Shown piece after piece: positions 58,551 through 64,000 of a stretch of 64,000 nt of DNA. The stretch is taken from NCBI GenBank assembly GCA_963745025.1, contig CAVUWD010000016.1, positions 640,001 through 704,000 of the forward strand, given 5' to 3'. This DNA is from an uncultured delta proteobacterium (GTDB lineage: Bacteria > Desulfobacterota > Binatia > JACPRU01). The position numbers and the translations under genes were made by a program. The notes under the pieces were generated by a model that worked only from the letters and a program-made list of their open reading frames with translations, was not told the origin of the DNA and ran no database searches. How positions within the stretch are numbered: the stretch's first letter is position 1; each line of letters opens with the position of its first letter.

Positions 58551-60557
58551 TTACTCTGGCCGGCCATTACCGGATGATCTGAAACGGCGAAGCCTCCGAT
58601 AAATCGTTGAGCGGTCGATGCTGAGCTGTCGCGCCGCTTCCGAGATATTCCCGCCGTGCGCTTCGACGGAGCGGCGGATCAGGTCGTCCTCGATCGTGTG
58701 CAGTGAGCACTCTGGTAACGGGCTTACCAATTCCGGCCCGTCACGGAGCGTCGTCGGCAGGTCCTCGACCGTGACCACGTCGTCGTCGACGAGGGCCACT
58801 AAGCGGGCGACCACGTTACGCAGCTCGCGCACGTTGCCCGGCCAAGAGTATCTCAGCAACAAATCCTCGATCTCGGGCGTCAGGCGCAGCGCGGTTCGCC
58901 CGCTCTGCTGGCACATCGTCTCGATGAACGAGCGGGTGAGCTCGAGAATGTCGGTGCCCCGCGTCCGCAGGGGAGGAAGCTCGATCTTGATCACGTCGAG
59001 CCGATAGAAGAGGTCCGAGCGGAATCCCCCCGTCGCCAGCGCATGGACCAGGTCACGGTTCGTGGCCGCGACGATGCGCACGTCGATTGGCCGCGGCCGG
59101 CTGCCTCCCACGCGGAACACGGTGCCCTCTTCGAGGACCCGCAGCAGCTTCGCTTGGACGTCGAGCGGAAGCTCGCCGACCTCGTCCAGGAAGAGCGTTC
59201 CCCCGTCAGCAAGTTCGAAGCGGCCCGGCTTGCCCTCCTTGCGCGCGCCCGTGAACGCCCCGGGCTCGTAGCCGAACAGCTCCGACTCGATGAGCTCTCG
59301 GGCCATGGCCGCGCAGTTGACGCACACGAGAGGCTTGCTCGCACGGCGGCTGCTGCGGTGAATGGCCGCCGCGACGAGTTCCTTCCCGGTCCCCGTAGCG
59401 CCGGTGATCAGCACCGATTCGTCCGAGGCGGCCGCTCGTGCCGCGATGCGAAGCGTCCTGCGAAACTCGGGATCGCGACCGATCAGGTGCTCGAACGCGG
59501 GGCCGAGCTTGGGATCCCCGGCCGCCGAGGTGGAGAAGACGCCGTGACGCTCGAGAACGACGACGAGACCGGCGACCCGGTTTCCCGCCTGCACGCTGTT
59601 CACGACCACGACTCGAGCCTCTGCGACCGGCAGGTGGACGCGGACCTCCTGCTTCAACGAGGGGCTCTTCAGAAACTCGGCGATCGCCTGTTCCCGGATC
59701 CGCAGGCAGCCATCCGCACCGAGCCGCTTCTCCACTTCCCGCCAGCGGCCGTTCGCGGCGACGAGGTGGCCCGCGGAATCGAAAGCGGCAATGGCGTCGA
59801 GCGGCCAGCGGCTCTCGGCGCGATCATACGCATCCGACACCCGCTCCCTCCAGTACCGTCGGGATTCCGTCAGCAGATACTCGATCGAGTGGCCGACCGA
59901 GACGGCGAGCGGCATCCGGTCTGCCGTCGCGCGCTCGGCGAGTCCCGCGACAGTGATGACCCCGAGCACCTCCGTGCTCAGTGGGTCTCTGACGGGAGCG
60001 CCGTAGCAGACCCATTCGTGCCAGCCCTTACAGAAGTGCTCGGCTCCGAACACCACGACCGGCGTCCGGGAGGAGAGCGCCGTCCCCGCTCCGTTCGGAC
60101 CGACGGCTTCCTCCGCCCATACTCCTCCCGGTTGCGCGTTGATCCGGCAGAGAGCGTCTTCCACCTCACGGTCGCCCACCACGTGCAGGATTCGTCCGCC
60201 CGCATCCGAGAGCAGGAGCACGTGCCCGCCACCGGCAAGCACGTCCTTCATGTCGTCGAACACGCGCCGCCCCGCCAGCGCGAAGTCGTCTTCCTCGAGA
60301 ACGCGACTGAGCTCGTCTGTCGCACGATCGACCGGCGCTCGCTCGAGAAAGGGATCGATGCCGCGCTGGAGCGCGGCTCGCCAGCAATCGAGAGTGAAGG
60401 CGCGAACGGGGAGCGATTCGGGGACGACGCCGTCCGCAACGAAGCGCTCCCATCCTTCCCGAAGGAGCTTACAGATTGCGGAGGCCTCGGCCGCCGGAGG
60501 CACTCTGAATGTCGGGAATTGCTTCAGCACATCACGAACGCTTGCGTTCGCCATCAT
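58551..60557 (-). CDS. GAF-domain sigma54-dependent activator (AcoR-like, Fis HTH)
   Basis: GAF region W.E..VGPNGAG...EHFC...W.C.GAP, Walker A GATGTGKE, ESELFG, GAFTGA, LFLDE, WPGNVREL and a C-terminal HTH. Confidence 0.95.
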   Translation of the reverse strand: MMANASVRDVLKQFPTFRVPPAAEASAICKLLREGWERFVADGVVPESLPVRAFTLDCWRAALQRGIDPFLERAPVDRATDELSRVLEEDDFALAGRRVFDDMKDVLAGGGHVLLLSDAGGRILHVVGDREVEDALCRINAQPGGVWAEEAVGPNGAGTALSSRTPVVVFGAEHFCKGWHEWVCYGAPVRDPLSTEVLGVITVAGLAERATADRMPLAVSVGHSIEYLLTESRRYWRERVSDAYDRAESRWPLDAIAAFDSAGHLVAANGRWREVEKRLGADGCLRIREQAIAEFLKSPSLKQEVRVHLPVAEARVVVVNSVQAGNRVAGLVVVLERHGVFSTSAAGDPKLGPAFEHLIGRDPEFRRTLRIAARAAASDESVLITGATGTGKELVAAAIHRSSRRASKPLVCVNCAAMARELIESELFGYEPGAFTGARKEGKPGRFELADGGTLFLDEVGELPLDVQAKLLRVLEEGTVFRVGGSRPRPIDVRIVAATNRDLVHALATGGFRSDLFYRLDVIKIELPPLRTRGTDILELTRSFIETMCQQSGRTALRLTPEIEDLLLRYSWPGNVRELRNVVARLVALVDDDVVTVEDLPTTLRDGPELVSPLPECSLHTIEDDLIRRSVEAHGGNISEAARQLSIDRSTIYRRLRRFRSSGNGRPE

Positions 60558-60617
60558 GCTTGTATCCCGGACTTACGTCCGGAGGTGAAATCAAAATCAG
60601 TGAGCATCTGTCAAGGA

Positions 60618-60651
60618 TGTGGCGGATGCCACGATTCGGCAAAATGCGGAA
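60618..60651. promoter_or_regulatory. candidate activator sites in the divergent regulator/lipoprotein region
   Basis: TGTGGCGGATGCCACG (60618-60633) plus TTCGGCAAAATGCGGAA. Confidence 0.55.
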
Positions 60652-60673
60652 TCTGGCCTGCGAGCTCTCTCGA

Positions 60674-60689
60674 TGGCACTCACCCTGCA
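60674..60689 (+). promoter_or_regulatory. sigma54 -24/-12 promoter
   Basis: TGGCAC-TCACC-CTGCA upstream of the lipoprotein gene. Confidence 0.6.
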
Positions 60690-60702
60690 TCCAATAGGGA
60701 GT

Positions 60703-61479
60703 ATGCGTCCTCACCTCGCGGCAATGAGCGCCCGCTTGGTCATCATGCTCGCCCTGGCTTCGTGCGCGAGCCCCCTCGCCGATTACAGCGGCTACGTGGC
60801 CCCTCGCGCGTACGCGATCGACTGCGAGGCGGGGTGGCAGCACGCGGGGACCGCGCTCAGGACGAACGGCTTCGTGATCGTCGAGGTGCGGCGAGAGGCG
60901 TCGGGAGGGGTCGTGGTGGGGAAGCGGGGCTCCGAGACGATGACGATGGCGGTGTCTTGCGAGGCGGACGGTGTCCACGTGACGCCGTCCGGCCTCACCC
61001 CTTTCGCGCGGAACGGGATGCTGATCGCCTTCGAGCGCGTCATGGAGACGGCCCGCATCGAGCGGCCGCCCATGGGCATGGAGGTGAGCGCCGAACTCAT
61101 CACCGGGCCGGAGAGCGCGCTCTACTTTTCGAGCGGCCTCGGCGCCTCCTCGACGGTCGCCGTTCGCTTCCGCATCGCCAACGGCGGCTCCCGGCCCCTG
61201 AGGCTCCTCACGCAGAACATCCGGCTGCGCACGCCATCCGGAGCGTGGGGAACCGCCCTCGGCCGCGACGAGATCCAGCGGCGCCTGCCGGGGCTCGCGA
61301 CAGAGATCCTGCCTCGTTTGCTGACTTCGGCGGTTCTCGAGACGGGGAAGCAGGCCGAGGGCTTCCTGATCTTTCCTGAAGATCGCTACGAGGGCGCCGT
61401 AATCGGGCTGATCGACGTCGAGACTGAAGAGCCCGAGGAATTCGACGTTACTTTTCATCTTGATAATGTCGGCTCATAG
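60703..61479 (+). CDS. hypothetical lipoprotein
   Basis: Hydrophobic signal with lipobox LASC. Alternative start at 60724. Confidence 0.7.
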   Translation: MRPHLAAMSARLVIMLALASCASPLADYSGYVAPRAYAIDCEAGWQHAGTALRTNGFVIVEVRREASGGVVVGKRGSETMTMAVSCEADGVHVTPSGLTPFARNGMLIAFERVMETARIERPPMGMEVSAELITGPESALYFSSGLGASSTVAVRFRIANGGSRPLRLLTQNIRLRTPSGAWGTALGRDEIQRRLPGLATEILPRLLTSAVLETGKQAEGFLIFPEDRYEGAVIGLIDVETEEPEEFDVTFHLDNVGS

Positions 61480-61510
61480 GAATCCGTCCTCGAATGCCGA
61501 ATCATAATTA

Positions 61511-61547
61511 AGTGGCGTTTCGCAACAGTCTGTGGCTCCTGGCCACA
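61511..61547. promoter_or_regulatory. tandem candidate activator sites
   Basis: AGTGGCGTTTCGCAACA (61511-61527) and TGTGGCTCCTGGCCACA (61531-61547), 43 bp before the -24 box. Confidence 0.65.
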
Positions 61548-61590
61548 AAAAGAAATCATCGCCCATTTGTTCTATGGACACTTTTGTACA

Positions 61591-61606
61591 TGGCATACAT
61601 CGTGCG
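61591..61606 (+). promoter_or_regulatory. sigma54 -24/-12 promoter
   Basis: TGGCAT-ACATC-GTGCG upstream of the LLM gene. Confidence 0.6.
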
Positions 61607-61721
61607 TTTAGTTTTCGACCTCTAGTCCTATGTGACAGGACGCATGAGCCGGATCTGACATGAAAACCCACTTACGGAAGATCTCGTTGAACCGACGAGG
61701 AGGAACACGAGGAGAAACACA

Positions 61722-62948
61722 ATGAAGTTCATCTACTTTCCACTCCCTGCGATCCCGGCCACACTCGAAGACCGCCGTCGCGAACGACCGATCGCTTACC
61801 GCACCGAGCGCTGGCAGAAGATGTTCGACGAGGTCGTCGAGCTCGCTCGGATGTGCGAGGATCTCGGCTTCGAAGTCGTCAGCTTCCCCGAGCACCATCT
61901 CGCGACCGAGGGCCTCGAGGTCGGTTCGATCCCACTCCTGTCACTCTACGTCGCCATGCACACGAAGACGATCAAGGTAGGCCCGGTCGGCTACGTGCTC
62001 CCCGGCTGGGATCCGCTGCGCCTCGCGGTCGAGATCGGCTGGCTCGATCAGCTGACGAAGGGCCGGACGATCGTCGGCATGGCGCGCGGCTACCAGACGC
62101 GGTGGCTGAATCAGATGGGCCAGTTTCTCCACGTCGGCGCCACCGTCTCCGACCAGAGCGAGGTCGACCAGGCAAACCGCCGCGCCTTCGAGGAGGTCTT
62201 CCAGATCCTGAGGCTCGCGTGGAAGGACGACGCGTTCCGCTTCAAGGGCGAGTTCTATCAATACCCGTATCCCTATACGGAGGGCACGCCGTGGCCGCCG
62301 ACCGGCTGGACGACGGAGTTCGGCGACCCCCACGAGGTCGGCAAGGACGGCCGCCTGCACGCGATCTCGGTGGTGCCGAAGCCCTACCAGAAGCCTCACC
62401 CGCCCCTCTTCCAGGCGTTCTCGGTCTCCGAGGCGACGATCCGCTGGTGCGCCAAGGAAGACATCGTCCCCATGATCCTGATGTCCCACCCGGAAGTCCT
62501 GCGCGGCCTCGTCAGCGCGTACGTGGATTCCGCGGCTCAGGCCGGACGGAAGCTCGAGCGGGGCAAGTCGGTCGGCGTGCTTCGCCAGGTCTATTTCGGG
62601 GACAGTGACGAGGAGATCTTTCGGCTGTCGGAGACCGGCGCCGTGGGACTTCTCTGGAAGCGCTTCTGGGGGCACTTCGGCTTCTGGGAGGCGTTCAAGA
62701 GCCCCGAGGAGCAAGCGGCCGGTAGGGTGCTGCCGCCGAGCGAGTGGACGATCGATCGCTTGCGGAAGTTCCACTACGTCTACGCGGGCTCCGTCTCCGA
62801 CGTACGCAAGGGCATGGATACGCTCGTCGAGGCCGGAAACCCAGAGTATTTCGCCTGGCTCTCCGACCAGGGAATGCTGCCGATCGAGGAGGTGAAGAAG
62901 CAGCTCCGGATCTTCGGCGAACAGGTGCTGCCACACTATCGCTCTTGA
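61722..62948 (+). CDS. LLM-class flavin-dependent oxidoreductase
   Basis: FPEHH, WDPLRLAVEIGWLDQLTKGR, GMARGYQ and PKPYQKPHPPLF motifs. Confidence 0.9.
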   Translation: MKFIYFPLPAIPATLEDRRRERPIAYRTERWQKMFDEVVELARMCEDLGFEVVSFPEHHLATEGLEVGSIPLLSLYVAMHTKTIKVGPVGYVLPGWDPLRLAVEIGWLDQLTKGRTIVGMARGYQTRWLNQMGQFLHVGATVSDQSEVDQANRRAFEEVFQILRLAWKDDAFRFKGEFYQYPYPYTEGTPWPPTGWTTEFGDPHEVGKDGRLHAISVVPKPYQKPHPPLFQAFSVSEATIRWCAKEDIVPMILMSHPEVLRGLVSAYVDSAAQAGRKLERGKSVGVLRQVYFGDSDEEIFRLSETGAVGLLWKRFWGHFGFWEAFKSPEEQAAGRVLPPSEWTIDRLRKFHYVYAGSVSDVRKGMDTLVEAGNPEYFAWLSDQGMLPIEEVKKQLRIFGEQVLPHYRS

Positions 62949-63117
62949 AGATTCGGGGAGTTCCCGTTTCACGCATAGCACGTGCGCGAGCGGGCCCGTC
63001 AGCGGCGCGAACGGAGAATCTTGGCGCCGACGCCGCGCGAAAGCCTTTGAGCATCTGTTCGCCGCGCCCGGATGGGGCACGACGTCCGAGCCGGGTCCGG
63101 CCGAACGGTGAAACGCG

Positions 63118-64000
63118 ATGAAGCCCTGGCAAGAGCGATTCGGAGACAAACGGATCACCGCGCGACGCGCGGCCGCCCTCGTCAAGTGCGGCGACATCGT
63201 GCGCTTCCCGATCGGGAAGCCGCCGATCCCGATCCTCAAGGCTCTCGCCGAGCGTGCGGGAGAGCTCCGGGAGGTCACGCTGATCCAGTGCTTCCCGAGC
63301 TACCCGCACGAGATCTGGAACGACCCGCGGCTCGATCGCTCGTTCCGTCGCGTCGTCGACTACGTCGGCGCGGGATGTCGGGAGGGAATGCGTAGGCACG
63401 TGATCGACTTCATGCCGCTCGACTATTCGCACTATGGAAAACAGCTCGAAGAGGGGCGGACGAACACGTGGGCGGCGGACGTCTTCTTCGGCGTCGTATC
63501 GCCCCCGGATGAGCACGGCTTCTCGAGCTTCGGCAACGCTCTCTGGTACTCGAAGGATCTCGCGAAAAGCGCGAAGCTCTTCGTGGCGGAGGTCGATCCC
63601 ACCCTCATCCGTACGCACGGCGACAACTTCGTTCACGTCTCGGAGATCGACTACCTGGTGGAGGAGAACGAGCCCCTCCTCGTGTCCACGCCTCCGCCGC
63701 CGGAGGAGGAGCAGGGCGACCTGGAGGTCATCGCCAGCTTCGTCGCCAGCCTGATCCGCGACGCCGACACCGTGCAGATGGGGATCGGCGGAATCTCCGA
63801 ATCGCTCGGTCAATTTCTCACCGGGCGGAACGATCTCGGGATCCACAGCGAGATCCTGACGGCGAGCCACGTCGAGCTGGTGAAGCGAGGGGTCGCCACC
63901 GGCAAGTACAAGACGCTGCACCCGGGTCGAGCCGTCGCCGCGGTGGTCGTCGGGGACGCGGACCTCGAGTACGTGAACGGCAATCCGCTCTTCGAGCTCT
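63118..64000 (+). CDS. acetyl-CoA hydrolase/4-hydroxybutyrate CoA-transferase family protein (runs off the right edge)
   Basis: Manual translation gives VSPPDEHGFSSFG...AEVD...HVSEIDYLVE...IRDADTVQMGIGGI...DLGIHSE...GKYKTLHPG. Not in the ORF track because it has no stop in the window. Confidence 0.88.
   Translation, partial: MKPWQERFGDKRITARRAAALVKCGDIVRFPIGKPPIPILKALAERAGELREVTLIQCFPSYPHEIWNDPRLDRSFRRVVDYVGAGCREGMRRHVIDFMPLDYSHYGKQLEEGRTNTWAADVFFGVVSPPDEHGFSSFGNALWYSKDLAKSAKLFVAEVDPTLIRTHGDNFVHVSEIDYLVEENEPLLVSTPPPPEEEQGDLEVIASFVASLIRDADTVQMGIGGISESLGQFLTGRNDLGIHSEILTASHVELVKRGVATGKYKTLHPGRAVAAVVVGDADLEYVNGNPLFEL

Noticed and set aside
52739-61379. Very long alternative ORFs (52739..55060, 56399..58297, 59043..61379, and similar ones such as 36647..38677 and 27149..28483)
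   Set aside because: They are off-frame or antisense shadows of well-supported genes, Arg/Pro/Gly-rich and without motifs, which is expected in high-GC DNA.

Overview
High-GC bacterial window. The gene content resembles soil or subsurface Deltaproteobacteria-like lineages such as Ca. Binatia, which is an inference only. After a short mosaic start (cNMP-domain C-terminus, nnrS, IS256 and IS481-like debris, a TerB-like remnant, an SGNH hydrolase), ~4.7-64 kb is one large accessory catabolic island. It holds 8 intact luciferase-like (LLM) oxidoreductases, 4 CoA-transferase genes, two LvaAB-like kinase/DUF6285 pairs with an ACAD10/11-like dehydrogenase, thiolase/DUF35, two crotonases, a tungsten-type AOR (frameshifted), a divergent B12-dependent acyl-CoA mutase, split PxpA and PxpBC, a class-III aminotransferase, an ALDH, two cyclases and two SCP2-like/alpha-beta hydrolase pairs. 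It also has a DUF1302-YCF48-RND-HEAT-DUF1329 envelope cassette and a GAF/sigma54 activator. Reading the intergenic DNA gave 11 candidate sigma54 -24/-12 promoters. Several have a recurring ~17-bp palindrome (TGTGGCG-N3-CGCCACA-like), often as tandem pairs about 41-51 bp upstream, which suggests one regulon across about 40 kb. There are also several orphan gene stubs (larE, LLM x2, CoA-transferase, nnrS) and three single-base frameshifts. No rRNA, tRNA or CRISPR array was seen. All family assignments come from motif recognition by eye, with no database searches.
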